Notes: a model not told the origin generated them from the sequence alone. A DNA stretch of 64,000 bases from an uncultured Erysipelotrichaceae bacterium (GCA_902783895.1 CACZST010000034.1:23748-87747), one strand, 5' to 3'; counted from the first letter of the stretch, positions 1 through 10,079 are shown. Program-made: numbers and translations.

Positions 1-816
1 TTTTCGAAGTAATTGCGAACTTTTTTCTAGTTTCGCTTGTAAATCTTTATTTTCTTCTTTTAAAGATTTATTTTCTTCTTTTGCTTTTTCTAAATCAGTT
101 GTCAATTTTATTTGTTTTTCGTCTGATTTTTTATTTTCATTTTTGATTAGAGTTAAACTTTTTTCTAATTCTTTATTTTCTTCTTTTAATTTAGCTAAAT
201 CAGCTTCAAGTTTTTTAACTTGATCTTTTTGACTTTTGTATTCTTTTTTAGTTTCATCATATTCATTAAGGAAACCAGAAATTGCATCAGTCATGTCTTC
301 AAATGATTCTGCTTTTACTTCTTCTTTTTCGGAAATAACTTCTTCAACAACGTCAGATAGATTTTCAATTTCATCTAATAAGGTTTCAGCTTGTTTTGGT
401 GAAAGTTTTGTCATTTCACTTACGAAGTCTAATTCTTCTTTTGGCTCTTCTTTAGTTTCAGAAGCATAATTTCCATAAAGGTTTAACTCAGTTATTTTAC
501 TCATAATGTCTTCGATACTTACAGCATACTTATTCATTAAATTACGAATGTTTTTATCATTTGAATAGCTGGTGAAAAATTCTTTATCATCAGGAATTAA
601 AATGTTAGCTCTTAACATTTGATTTTCTTCTTTTCCTTCGTCACCTTCGCTAAAGTGAATATCCATTTTTTTGATTGTTTCATTTATGAATTCATCTTTA
701 TTTTTTACTGCTTCAGCAACTTCTTCTTTGGCTAAAGTTTTAAATAACTTTTCATTATCGTTTCTAATATTTTGCGCTAATTTTTTGATTGCTAAATATT
801 TATCTTTGTCTAACAT
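1..816 (-). CDS. hypothetical K/E-rich coiled-coil protein, partial (C-terminus runs off left window edge); absent from ORF track because no stop in window
   Basis: ATG at 816 with GAGGTG SD (821-826 on + strand is CACCTC). I translated 272 codons by hand (MLDKDKYLAIKKLAQNIRNDNEKLF...KLEKSSQLLRK) down to position 1 without a stop. The + strand ORFs 236..469 and 671..1000 are low-complexity antisense artefacts of this gene. Confidence 0.55.
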   Translation of the reverse strand, partial: MLDKDKYLAIKKLAQNIRNDNEKLFKTLAKEEVAEAVKNKDEFINETIKKMDIHFSEGDEGKEENQMLRANILIPDDKEFFTSYSNDKNIRNLMNKYAVSIEDIMSKITELNLYGNYASETKEEPKEELDFVSEMTKLSPKQAETLLDEIENLSDVVEEVISEKEEVKAESFEDMTDAISGFLNEYDETKKEYKSQKDQVKKLEADLAKLKEENKELEKSLTLIKNENKKSDEKQIKLTTDLEKAKEENKSLKEENKDLQAKLEKSSQLLRK

Positions 817-843
817 ATTCCACCTCTTTATTCTTTTATATAG

Positions 844-1401
844 TTATGCTCTTGAATCGTATTTCCCTTCTTTTGTTGATACGATTACTCTATCGTTTTC
901 ATTTACAAATAATGGAACTTTGATTGTTAAGCCATTTTCTAATGTAGCTTCTTTAGTCGCATTTGTGGCAGTGTTTCCTTTTACTCCTGGTTCTGTGTGA
1001 GCAATTTGATATTCAATTTTTTCTGGTAATGTTATTCCTAAAACTTCACCTTGATAGAAAGTTACGTCTACTTCTAGACCTTCTTTAAGGTATTTAGCTT
1101 CGTCACCTAATTGATTTTTATCAAGATCAATTTGTTCATATGTTTCCATATTCATGAAATTATATGAATCTCCATTACCATATAGGAATTGCATTGTTAC
1201 TTTATCGATAATTGCTTTTTCAAATTTAATATTTGTATTAAAAGTTTTTTCGATTGTAGAACCTGTTCTTAAATTCTTAAGTTTTATTCTGACAAAAGCT
1301 GGGCCTTTACCAGGTTTAACATGTTGGAATTCTTGAATTAAGTAAATATTTCCATCACTAATGATTGTCATTCCATTTTTAATATCATTGATATTAATCA
1401 T
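844..1401 (-). CDS. efp: elongation factor P
   Basis: 185 aa; MININDIKNGMTI...KPGKGPAFVRIKLKNLRTG, typical EF-P N-terminus and KPGKG loop. Confidence 0.95.
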   Translation of the reverse strand: MININDIKNGMTIISDGNIYLIQEFQHVKPGKGPAFVRIKLKNLRTGSTIEKTFNTNIKFEKAIIDKVTMQFLYGNGDSYNFMNMETYEQIDLDKNQLGDEAKYLKEGLEVDVTFYQGEVLGITLPEKIEYQIAHTEPGVKGNTATNATKEATLENGLTIKVPLFVNENDRVIVSTKEGKYDSRA

Positions 1402-1412
1402 TTCTTCTCACC

Positions 1413-1580
1413 TTATTTCTTTTCATTGTGTTCTGTTGTTTTATTACATTTAGGACAGTGTCTTCTTAATTTTAGACGTTCAGGAGTATTTCTTTTGTTT
1501 TTTTCAGTTCTATAGTTTTCACTTTTACATACTGAACAAACTAATGTTGTATTCTCTCTTGCTTCTCCTTTTTTTGCCAT
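1413..1580 (-). CDS. rpmG: 50S ribosomal protein L33
   Basis: Hand-translated 55 aa MAKKGEARENTTLVCSVCKSENYRTEKNKRNTPERLKLRRHCPKCNKTTEHNEKK. The CxxC...CxxC zinc ribbon and the NKRN(T/N)PERLxLxxxCPxC motif match L33. Too short for the ORF track. Confidence 0.85.
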   Translation of the reverse strand: MAKKGEARENTTLVCSVCKSENYRTEKNKRNTPERLKLRRHCPKCNKTTEHNEKK

Positions 1581-1621
1581 AATATCCCTCCTTTTCGCAT
1601 TTCTTATAGTATTATATCAAA

Positions 1622-3775
1622 TTATTTGTAAATTTCAAAGTATTTTTGAGAAACTCTTTGGGCTAAACGCTTATTTATTGATGATTGATGAGTTGTTTTT
1701 CCATCTTGTCTTGATACATCTGGTGAAATAATAGTAAACGCTACCTTAGGATTATCATATGGAGCATAAGCAGCAAAGGTTGTTGAAATGGTTTGCTGAT
1801 CTACTTTTCCATCTTTGTCAGTATCAATAAAACTTTGAGATGTTCCAGTTTTTCCAGCTGGTTTATAAGCCATATCAATATAACCTGCTCCTGTTCCATA
1901 TTTAAGGACAGCTTCAAATCCTTCATGAACTTTATCCATGTATTCTTGTTTAGTATTTACTTTGTTTAAAACTTTTACTTCGTTTTCATTTGTTATTTTA
2001 CCATTATCATAATATCCTTTAAATACAGATAATTGTTTTCTTTCACCATTATCAGCAATTGTATCTATATACTGCGCTAATTGAATTGGGGTATAGTTAT
2101 CATACTGACCGATTGAAAAGTCTAGTAATAATCCAGATGTTGTACTTGTTCCTTTAAGTCCTGTACTTTTTTCAGGAAGATCAATTCCTGTTTTTACTCC
2201 TAGTCCAAATTCAGCAAAGGTGTTACGGTAAGTATTAAAAGCTTCGGTATCAATTGAAAGTGGTTTATTATATTGATAATTTCCTTTACCTATTTTAATA
2301 GCTGTATAGTACTGATATGTATTTGATGAGTAAGCTAAAGCTGTTACATCATTTAATTTTCCCAGTGGTTTCCAAGAACATTTTTCAGGAGTAGCAGCAA
2401 TTTTAACACAATTATCATATCTTACCTCACCTATTTTTAAAGCTCCGGTATTGTATCCAGTTATTTGTGAGGCTCCCTTGACAACTGAACCCATAACAAC
2501 TGATGATGTTAAAGCGCCAGTTGTATAGTCGACTATTTCTTTTTTACCATTTTCGTCTTTGACTTGTTTACCAGACATAGCTAACACTTCACCGGTTTTT
2601 GGATCTGTGATGATTACAAATGAGTGGTCATAAAATTCAGTATTAGCTTCTGATTTTGTTTGCATAACTTCTTCTGATAAAATTTGCTCAATTTCTTTTT
2701 GAAGTTCAATATCAATTGAAAGGACAATATCCTGACCTCTTTTACCTTCTTTTATTAGTTTATATGTTCCATCACCTAGTACTTGATATTTATTTTTTTC
2801 TCCTCTTAGAATATCTTCGTATTGGTATTCAATGTAGCTTGTACCTACTCTATCGTCTAAACTATAACCTTTTTTTAGATAGTAATCTTTTAGTTCGGCA
2901 GGGATACCACTTTTACTACTAGAAACATTTCCTAAAATACTTCTAAATACATTACCATAAGGATAAGATCTTGCCCAATCTAATTTGGTGTTTACACCTT
3001 TTAAATTACTTATATTTTCAGAAATTAAAGCATATTCAGCGTCCGATACATCGGTGTTTTTTATTACTTTTTCATCATAAGAATAACCAGTGTTCATAAG
3101 CGTATATATATATGCAGCTTTTTTATCTTCATCATTATATGTGGATAACTCTTCTGGAGTAATTCTTTCAAGTTCTAATTTGTATATATCATCACTTGTT
3201 AATTTTCTTTCTTCAAGTTTTTTCCATTCAGCATCAGTTATTTTGGATTTTAATTTTTTAGGATTATTTTTGGCCCAAAATACTTTTAAATTATTATCAT
3301 TTAATTTTGAAAAATCAATGTCTATCATACTTGCTAATTTATAAGCTGTTTCGATTTCTTCTTTTGCAGTTATTTTATTTGGCTTTTTATAATAAATAAC
3401 TTTAATTGGAGTATTATCAACAATTAATTTACCATTTCTATCATATATACGTCCACGAGGTGCGGTTTCACCGTCAGTTGTTTTTAAAGTTAAGGTATTT
3501 AATTCTTTTGTATATTTTTCTTTACTGACTATTTGGATAAAAAATAGGCAGAATAATAAGACAAAGAGAATTAAAATAATTATAAATGTTAATATGTTAT
3601 ACCTTTTTTCGATTTCAATTTTGACGTCTTTATTATTTTTATATGAATTAAGGTTACTATAACTTGGATTTTTTTGTCTTTTTTTAATTTTTAATGAGTT
3701 TTTTCTTCTTTGATTTATCTCAGAAATTGATGGGATATTTTGAAAAAAGTTTTTTATCTTATTTATTATTCGCAA
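1622..3775 (-). CDS. class B penicillin-binding protein (peptidoglycan D,D-transpeptidase, PBP2/SpoVD-like) with roughly 60 aa basic cytoplasmic N-terminal tail
   Basis: 717 aa; TM segment; SVVK (SxxK), SSN (SxN), KTGT motifs; PBP dimerisation region. Confidence 0.85.
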   Translation of the reverse strand: MRIINKIKNFFQNIPSISEINQRRKNSLKIKKRQKNPSYSNLNSYKNNKDVKIEIEKRYNILTFIIILILFVLLFCLFFIQIVSKEKYTKELNTLTLKTTDGETAPRGRIYDRNGKLIVDNTPIKVIYYKKPNKITAKEEIETAYKLASMIDIDFSKLNDNNLKVFWAKNNPKKLKSKITDAEWKKLEERKLTSDDIYKLELERITPEELSTYNDEDKKAAYIYTLMNTGYSYDEKVIKNTDVSDAEYALISENISNLKGVNTKLDWARSYPYGNVFRSILGNVSSSKSGIPAELKDYYLKKGYSLDDRVGTSYIEYQYEDILRGEKNKYQVLGDGTYKLIKEGKRGQDIVLSIDIELQKEIEQILSEEVMQTKSEANTEFYDHSFVIITDPKTGEVLAMSGKQVKDENGKKEIVDYTTGALTSSVVMGSVVKGASQITGYNTGALKIGEVRYDNCVKIAATPEKCSWKPLGKLNDVTALAYSSNTYQYYTAIKIGKGNYQYNKPLSIDTEAFNTYRNTFAEFGLGVKTGIDLPEKSTGLKGTSTTSGLLLDFSIGQYDNYTPIQLAQYIDTIADNGERKQLSVFKGYYDNGKITNENEVKVLNKVNTKQEYMDKVHEGFEAVLKYGTGAGYIDMAYKPAGKTGTSQSFIDTDKDGKVDQQTISTTFAAYAPYDNPKVAFTIISPDVSRQDGKTTHQSSINKRLAQRVSQKYFEIYK

Positions 3776-3826
3776 TTTTTATCACCTCGCTTTTTGATTT
3801 ACATATATTTAGTTAGGGGGTATTTT

Positions 3827-4084
3827 ATGAAATATTTGATTGAAAGATATATTAGTAGTATTACTAAGAAAGATATTATTAGTTTTGCGGGAAGTAATAA
3901 TATTTATTTAGATGATTATGAAGTCACTATTTTATATGAATGTATGCATAAACATTATAACGATTTTCTAAATGGTGATGAATCTTTTTTAGAAGACATT
4001 AAAAAGAAATTTGATAAAGAAAAATTTAACAAAATTTACAATTTATATTTACTTTATAAGGAAAAATATAAAGGTTATCTATAA
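3827..4084 (+). CDS. small hypothetical protein (85 aa)
   Basis: ATG at 3827 follows GGGGG SD. The ORF-track start at 3740 overlaps the PBP gene and is unlikely. Confidence 0.4.
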   Translation: MKYLIERYISSITKKDIISFAGSNNIYLDDYEVTILYECMHKHYNDFLNGDESFLEDIKKKFDKEKFNKIYNLYLLYKEKYKGYL

Positions 4085-5016
4085 TAATTTCTAATTTCAG
4101 TTAACATGTTTTTATCAAATTTATCATTTCTAATCATTTCGATTTCAAATTTATATGGTGGATAACTACGGTCAGTACCATCTTTTTCTTTACTTACATA
4201 TGGTGTTTCTAGGATAAGAGGTAATTTTCTTACTCTAGGATTATAAGCTATTTTTTCGATGTTTTCAAAGCCTATTGTTCCAAAGCCAATATTTGCATGT
4301 CTATCTTTATGTGATCCCATTTGATTTTTATCATCATTTAAATGGATACATCCCAATTTATCAAGTCCAATTACTTCATCAAAATCATCTAAGACTGCAT
4401 CGAAATTTGAGACATCATATCCAGCATCATATATATGACATGTATCTATGCACACCATTATTCTTTTTTTATTTTTAACGTTTTTAATAATTTGGTTTAA
4501 CTGCAGAAAATCAGTTCCAACTTCTGTTCCTTTACCAGCCATTGTTTCAAGACAGATAATTGGTCCTTCTTCTTCAGTTAAAACTAAATTTAAGCCATTT
4601 GCAATGTTTTCTAAGCCTTTTTCAACACCTAATCCAACATGACTTCCTGGGTGTAGAACTATTTTATTAACACCGAATTTTTTTGCTCTTTCTACTTCTT
4701 CTTTTAGGAAGTTTACAGTAAATTTCCATTTTTCTTCATCTTTATTATTAGCTAGATTTATAATATATGGAGCATGAATAATAACATTTTTGATGTCAAT
4801 ATTGTTTTCTTTCATTAATTTTTGAGCATTTTTTACATTTTCTTCATCTATTTTACTTCTAAATGTATTTTGAGGAGCTCCTGTATAAAACATAAATGTA
4901 TTTGCATTATAGCTTAATGTTTCCTTTACAGATCCAGTTAATCCTTCATTTTTATTGTAAGAAACGTGGCTTCCTAAAATTATATTTTCCAAAGTAATCA
5001 CCTCTTTAGATATCAT
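4075..5016 (-). CDS. nfo: endonuclease IV (AP endonuclease)
   Basis: 313 aa; HAPYIINLAN...VLHPGSH...ICLETMAGKGTE...IDTCHIYDAGYD TIM-barrel metal ligands of Nfo. Confidence 0.9.
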   Translation of the reverse strand: MISKEVITLENIILGSHVSYNKNEGLTGSVKETLSYNANTFMFYTGAPQNTFRSKIDEENVKNAQKLMKENNIDIKNVIIHAPYIINLANNKDEEKWKFTVNFLKEEVERAKKFGVNKIVLHPGSHVGLGVEKGLENIANGLNLVLTEEEGPIICLETMAGKGTEVGTDFLQLNQIIKNVKNKKRIMVCIDTCHIYDAGYDVSNFDAVLDDFDEVIGLDKLGCIHLNDDKNQMGSHKDRHANIGFGTIGFENIEKIAYNPRVRKLPLILETPYVSKEKDGTDRSYPPYKFEIEMIRNDKFDKNMLTEIRNYYR

Positions 5017-5032
5017 ACCACATTTTTTATTT

Positions 5033-5359
5033 TTATCCTAGTAATTTACTGAAAACTTTAAAGAAGCCTGCGATTAATTTTTGAATTAATTTTTCGGAAT
5101 TTTGAGAGACTGATAAACCGGCTTTACCAAGGTTATTATCATAATTTTTTTCTTTGACAATATAGTTATTTATATCAACATTTTTTCCATTTTTTACATC
5201 ACTTTCAAATTTTTGAATTTGCTTTTGGGTTAAAGCAGATCTTTTATTATTTTGATATTCAAAGTATCCAGAAGCTTGAGAGACATATAAAGCTATAAAT
5301 GATGTGAATAAAAGAAAAAAACAATATTTTACAGTTTTACTAAATATTTTAATTTTCAT
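5033..5359 (-). CDS. small secreted/membrane hypothetical protein
   Basis: 108 aa, N-terminal hydrophobic signal-like segment. Confidence 0.35.
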   Translation of the reverse strand: MKIKIFSKTVKYCFFLLFTSFIALYVSQASGYFEYQNNKRSALTQKQIQKFESDVKNGKNVDINNYIVKEKNYDNNLGKAGLSVSQNSEKLIQKLIAGFFKVFSKLLG

Positions 5360-6311
5360 TAATATATTCTCCTATTATTGGACTTAAAAGTTCAATGGTA
5401 TTTAAGACTTCATCAATTGTACTTTCTTGTGAGCCAATTTCTAGAAGGGTCATTTTTCCGTTTAAATCTTGATTATATATTCCATTTACATCATCACCTT
5501 CTTTGGTTAAAACTCCTCTTGAAAGGTCTTTATATTTTTCAGTTATTTTATCATTTAATATATTTGTTATGTTTAAGTTTTCTTCATAATTTGGATTATT
5601 TTTTCCAATAACGAAGACAATTTTAGCACATGATTTATTATTAATAATTGTTGTTACTTTATCTTTAGGCATGGCATCACGGTGAAGGTCGATGATTAAT
5701 TTTAATGATGGTGTGCTTTCTATTACTGGTTTTATAAAGGCGCGGCTGGCAATATAACTTTTACTATGTTTCATATTATTTAAATTCATATAGTCAATTA
5801 TATTATCTTCTAAAACTATTGTATTTATATTTAATTTAGATAGTTTATCTTGAAGGATATATGATGCCATCATGACACCAGGTTTGATATTATATTCTTC
5901 TAGTCCTTGTCCTTGATATTCTTCGGACTGATGAGAATTATATATTAAAATCGTTGGTGATGTGTTTTCGTTTTTTATGGGATTAGGATTCTTAACATAT
6001 GTCATCGGTACTTGTTTTTCTTTAAATGGTAGTGACCCTTCAAGTATACTTAAAGGTTTATTTACGTCAATTATTTTTGAAAACATTTTAGTAAGTAAAT
6101 TACTAGCTTTTTTTTCGTATAGTAAATGATAATTAGAATCAGTTATTAAAGCTTTTACAAAATCTTCATTGCTTTTTGCAAGTTTAAAATCCATGATAGT
6201 ATTATAAGATACTTCATATCCTATAAATACTAGTAAAAGATATAAAAGAAGTCTAAATTTGAATCTTCTTTTTTTAACGAGTTTCATTTTTTTTGCCATA
6301 TTATCCCTCAT
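5349..6311 (-). CDS. spoIIP: stage II sporulation protein P (engulfment peptidoglycan hydrolase)
   Basis: 320 aa; N-terminal TM; ILIYNSHQSEEY...IDLHRDA...FVIGKNNPNYEENL...LSRGVLTKEG...NGIYNQDL...LLEIGSQ pattern of the SpoIIP family; adjacent to gpr as in Bacillus. Confidence 0.8.
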   Translation of the reverse strand: MRDNMAKKMKLVKKRRFKFRLLLYLLLVFIGYEVSYNTIMDFKLAKSNEDFVKALITDSNYHLLYEKKASNLLTKMFSKIIDVNKPLSILEGSLPFKEKQVPMTYVKNPNPIKNENTSPTILIYNSHQSEEYQGQGLEEYNIKPGVMMASYILQDKLSKLNINTIVLEDNIIDYMNLNNMKHSKSYIASRAFIKPVIESTPSLKLIIDLHRDAMPKDKVTTIINNKSCAKIVFVIGKNNPNYEENLNITNILNDKITEKYKDLSRGVLTKEGDDVNGIYNQDLNGKMTLLEIGSQESTIDEVLNTIELLSPIIGEYINEN

Positions 6312-6353
6312 TTCTAGGATAATTATATGTTTTTTTATTTAAATAAAATGTAG

Positions 6354-6380
6354 AAAAAAACTGATTAGTTATCAGTTTTT
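6354..6380 (-). terminator. rho-independent terminator of gpr (hairpin overlaps stop codon, followed by U-run on minus strand)
   Basis: aaactgat-tagtt-atcagttt on + strand; the minus-strand transcript ends in a uuuuuuu run. Confidence 0.5.
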
Positions 6381-7372
6381 AGATGATGAAGGGATTTGTT
6401 TATAGAATTACTTATAAGGTTAGATAATTTTTCAATAATAAAATCCTCTTCTTTTGGGGTGACCATTAGATTATATCCGATGGGATTTAAGACTTCTTTG
6501 ATTAATGATTTTGTCTGATCTTCATCAAGGGTTCCAACTAAACCAAATAGTTTTTCTTTATCTTCTTTTTTGATTTCTTCTTTTTTATTTAAGTAGTTTA
6601 TATTTATAGCTAGTTTGTTTTTAGGGTTATTTATATTTTCTTTTTGATATGCGAAATTTTTATATAGATATTTAATTGTATCACTAACTATTGAAACAGC
6701 ATCAACAACAGTTGGAACACCAATAGCTATAACGGGAATACCTAAGGTATCTTTACTTATTTCTTTTCTTTTATTACCTACTCCACTTCCAGGATTTATG
6801 CCTGATGTTGATAATTGGATGGTTTTGTTTACTCTTTCAATTGATGAGGCGGCTAAGGCATCAATTACTATAACAAAATTGGGATTAATAGTTTTGATGA
6901 TACTTTTAATTAAATCACTTGTTTCGATACCTGTTTCACCCATAACCCCTGGGGCGATTGCGAAGGTTCTTCTATAATTTTCGTCTAAATCACCATATAG
7001 GTATAGATGATTTGTGACTACTATGTTTGATACTGCGAGTGGTCCTAGACTATCTGGGGTTGATTTTTCATTTCCAAGCCCTAAAATTAAACAAGAATCA
7101 TCCTTTTTAATATTTAATTTATTAAGGATTTTCTCTATTTCATTTGATAATATTTTTTCTACTTCTTTTTGATTTGAACTATCAGTTATGTCTTCAAATT
7201 CTATGTTTATATAAGTTCCTTTCTTTTTATTTATTTCTTTAGATATTTTTTCATCTAAATTTATGGTTGTTATTTTGTTTTTACCAATTTTTTCTAATGT
7301 CCCATTTTGGGTAAGTTCGATTGCTAGATCGGTTCGAACATTAAAATTTTTCATATCTATTTTATGATTCAT
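6365..7372 (-). CDS. gpr: germination protease (spore endopeptidase GPR)
   Basis: 335 aa; MNHK...VRTDLAIE...GPLAVSNIVVTNHLY...IAIGVPTVVDA, GPR peptidase A25 family. Confidence 0.85.
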   Translation of the reverse strand: MNHKIDMKNFNVRTDLAIELTQNGTLEKIGKNKITTINLDEKISKEINKKKGTYINIEFEDITDSSNQKEVEKILSNEIEKILNKLNIKKDDSCLILGLGNEKSTPDSLGPLAVSNIVVTNHLYLYGDLDENYRRTFAIAPGVMGETGIETSDLIKSIIKTINPNFVIVIDALAASSIERVNKTIQLSTSGINPGSGVGNKRKEISKDTLGIPVIAIGVPTVVDAVSIVSDTIKYLYKNFAYQKENINNPKNKLAININYLNKKEEIKKEDKEKLFGLVGTLDEDQTKSLIKEVLNPIGYNLMVTPKEEDFIIEKLSNLISNSINKSLHHLKTDN

Positions 7373-7415
7373 ATTATCACCTTTAAAATATTTTACCCAA
7401 AAAGTAATGTTTTTA

Positions 7416-7444
7416 TTGCTTTTTTTATATTTTTTTGTTAAAAT
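7416..7444 (+). promoter_or_regulatory. sigma-A-like promoter for rpsT (TTGCTT-17-TGtTAAAAT, extended -10)
   Basis: -35 at 7416-7421, TG at 7436-7437, -10 TAAAAT at 7439-7444. Confidence 0.4.
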
Positions 7445-7474
7445 GGTTATACGAGTGGCTTGGAGGTGAAATTT

Positions 7475-7738
7475 GTGGCCAATTTAAAAAATGCGAAAAA
7501 AAGAATTAGAGTTAATGAGAAAAAAGAGGTTCGTAACAATAATTATTTAGCTAGTGTTAAAACTGCAATTAAGAAAACTATGAGAGCAGTTGAGAAAAAA
7601 GATAAAGAACTTGCTAATGAAGATTTAAAAGTTGCCATCAATAGAATCGACAAGGCAGCTGGCGCTAAAGTAATGCCAAAGAATACTGCTTCTAGAAAAA
7701 AATCTAGATTAACTAAAAAAGTAAATGCAATGGATTAA
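7475..7738 (+). CDS. rpsT: 30S ribosomal protein S20, GTG start
   Basis: GGAGGTG SD then GTG at 7475. ANLKNAKKRIRVNEKKEV...ASVKTAIKK is a typical S20 N-terminus. The ORF-track ATG at 7460 lies inside the SD. Confidence 0.85.
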   Translation: MANLKNAKKRIRVNEKKEVRNNNYLASVKTAIKKTMRAVEKKDKELANEDLKVAINRIDKAAGAKVMPKNTASRKKSRLTKKVNAMD

Positions 7739-7819
7739 TTTACTTTTTTTATTTTTTTAAAATATCATTTGGAAGTTTTAATGACTTAATGTATAATGTA
7801 TATTGAAAGAGGTGTGGCT

Positions 7820-8743
7820 ATGAAAAAGATTATAAGTTTTATTGTGATAATTATTTTAGGTATTTCTTTATATTTTGCTTATAATAACAGAATGATAATT
7901 ATCCAAAATGTAGATAAATTAATGAACGAACCTGTTGCTTTAACAGATAAGCCTTTATATCATAATGATTTTAATTTTGAGCTTGTAAAAGAAACAAATG
8001 ATTTTAATGTTAAAAGTAGACAAGATTTTTTAAATATTATGTATACTGTTTTAAACAATGGGATGACAGAATTTAATTTTTATTGTGATCCTAGTTATAA
8101 AGATTGTTTAAAAGACTTTGACAGTATTAGTAAAGATTCTGTTTTACTTGGAACAATAAATAATATGGTATCACCTTTCAATAGTTATGATAAAATTTCT
8201 TTTGTGATTAGTAATTATGGTAAAGTTAAAGTAGAAGTTACAAAATTATATACGGATGATGAGATTAAACAAATTAATGAAAAGATTGATGAAATAGTTA
8301 AAACCATTGATCCTAATTTAACTGATAGAGAAAAGATTGAAATATTCCATGATTATATAGTTAATAATAGTTCTTATGATAAGGAAAATGCGGATAGAAT
8401 TACTAATGGTGAGTCTATTACAAATTCTTCACATAAAGCTATTGGTCCTTTAATTGAAGGTAAAGGTTTATGTAGTGGATATAGTGATGCGATGAAATTA
8501 TATTTAGATAGATTAGGTATTCCTAACTATAAAATTACTAATGAAAATCATTGTTGGAATTTAGTTTATATTGATGGTAAATGGTTACATTTAGATTTAA
8601 CTTGGGATGATCCTATTACTTCTACTGGTGATAATTTACTTCTTCATAAATTTTTCCTAATAACTACTGATGAACTTAAGAATTTAAATGTTAAGAGTCA
8701 TGATTTTAATGTAGAATATTATAATGAAACAGAAAAAGCCTAA
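7820..8743 (+). CDS. transglutaminase-like cysteine protease domain membrane-anchored protein
   Basis: Start MKKIISFIV after AAAGAGGTG. Cys-His-Asp triad context GKGLCSGYS...NHCWNLVYIDGKW...HLDLTWDDP. Confidence 0.7.
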   Translation: MKKIISFIVIIILGISLYFAYNNRMIIIQNVDKLMNEPVALTDKPLYHNDFNFELVKETNDFNVKSRQDFLNIMYTVLNNGMTEFNFYCDPSYKDCLKDFDSISKDSVLLGTINNMVSPFNSYDKISFVISNYGKVKVEVTKLYTDDEIKQINEKIDEIVKTIDPNLTDREKIEIFHDYIVNNSSYDKENADRITNGESITNSSHKAIGPLIEGKGLCSGYSDAMKLYLDRLGIPNYKITNENHCWNLVYIDGKWLHLDLTWDDPITSTGDNLLLHKFFLITTDELKNLNVKSHDFNVEYYNETEKA

Positions 8744-8757
8744 TAGGCTTTTTTTAT
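8733..8757. terminator. bidirectional rho-independent terminator between convergent genes
   Basis: aagcct-aat-aggctt hairpin flanked by A-run upstream and T-run downstream. Confidence 0.6.
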
Positions 8758-9966
8758 TGGTAAGATGACAGTTACTAGAGTATACTCTTTAATTTTTGAT
8801 TTATAATTTAAACTTCCTCCATGGGCAGTTATTATTTCACTTGATAGTGATACTCCAAGTCCTGTTCCTTTTACTTTAGTTGTATAAAATGGTTCTTTTA
8901 TTTTATTTATTGTATTTTTATCCATTCCTTCCCCATTATCTTTGATAAATATTTTTACTTTATCTTTTGAATTTTCAGTCCATATTTTTATTTGGCTGAC
9001 GCCTTTAGCTTCACAGCTATTTTTTAAAAGGTTTACAAAAACTTGAATTAATCTATTATAATCTCCATTTATATATATTTCATCATCTGATATATTATTT
9101 ATTAGTTTTATTTTATTACTATCAAATAACAGTTTAGTACTTTCTAAAACATCTTCTAATATTAAATTTATGTCAACAATATCCTTTTGAATTTTAATTT
9201 TATTCATAGCAAGAAAGTCTTCAAGAAGTAGTAATGTCCTGTTTATTTCTTCTTTTATTATGGGAATATATTTTTGGGCGTGCTCGGGATTATTTGGGTC
9301 AAACATATCTAAATATCCTTTACAAACTGCGATTGGATTTTTTATTTCGTGGGTTATTTGAAAAAGTGATGTTTTTATTTGTTTGTCTTTTTGTATTTCT
9401 TTATATTTCAAATGTAGTTTAAGCATGTCTTCAGTTTTTCTATTAAATAAAGTAATAAACATACTTAACACTATGAACAATACTATTGAAATTATTATTT
9501 CGTTTTCTGTTTGATAATTTAAATTGTTTTTAAAGAAAACATATAGGTTAAGCATTACTGCTTTTATATTTGTAAATATGATAATAAATTTATTTATATT
9601 GAAATTTTTGTAATTAATCATATATATTAAATAGTATAGTAGATATTCTAATATTATTAAAAATTTGTATTCTTCAAAATATGATATATAGTAACATATT
9701 ATTGTAAAGGATGTTGTTATAATAGCCATATTTGATTTTTTTAAATATGTGAGTATTAAGGGAATATTTATAAGTATTAAAGGAAAATCTTTTGAATGGG
9801 TACCATTTTTTAAAATCATATATATCATTGTAAATACCATAAACATAAAAACTAGATTATTTTCTTTTTTACTGAAAGTATTTGAATATGCAGTATATAA
9901 TAGATATATTGCAAGTGGAAGAAGTATGTTTGTTAAATCAAGTAAAACTATATTAATTATATTCAT
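8740..9966 (-). CDS. orphan membrane sensor histidine kinase (multi-TM N-terminus; no cognate response regulator adjacent)
   Basis: 408 aa; at least 6 predicted TM helices; H-box ITHEIKNPIAV; HATPase N/G boxes LIQVFVNLLKNSCEA...DNGEGMD...GTGLGVSLS. Confidence 0.8.
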   Translation of the reverse strand: MNIINIVLLDLTNILLPLAIYLLYTAYSNTFSKKENNLVFMFMVFTMIYMILKNGTHSKDFPLILINIPLILTYLKKSNMAIITTSFTIICYYISYFEEYKFLIILEYLLYYLIYMINYKNFNINKFIIIFTNIKAVMLNLYVFFKNNLNYQTENEIIISIVLFIVLSMFITLFNRKTEDMLKLHLKYKEIQKDKQIKTSLFQITHEIKNPIAVCKGYLDMFDPNNPEHAQKYIPIIKEEINRTLLLLEDFLAMNKIKIQKDIVDINLILEDVLESTKLLFDSNKIKLINNISDDEIYINGDYNRLIQVFVNLLKNSCEAKGVSQIKIWTENSKDKVKIFIKDNGEGMDKNTINKIKEPFYTTKVKGTGLGVSLSSEIITAHGGSLNYKSKIKEYTLVTVILPIKKAY

Positions 9967-10079
9967 TTTATCACCTGATTAAAATTATACTATTTAACCA
10001 TGTCGAAAAATGTCGAATAAAGATATATCTTGTAAAAATATATAATATTTAGTCAAAAAAAATAAAATACATTTATATT

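Noticed and set aside
236-1000. ORF-track + strand ORFs 236..469 and 671..1000
   Set aside because: They are serine/phenylalanine-rich low-complexity translations antisense to a clean 272-codon minus-strand gene with an SD and ATG at 816.
7460-7474. ORF-track ATG start (MEVKF...) for rpsT
   Set aside because: The ATG lies inside the GGAGGTG Shine-Dalgarno sequence. S20 proteins begin (M)ANLK..., which is matched by GTG at 7475.
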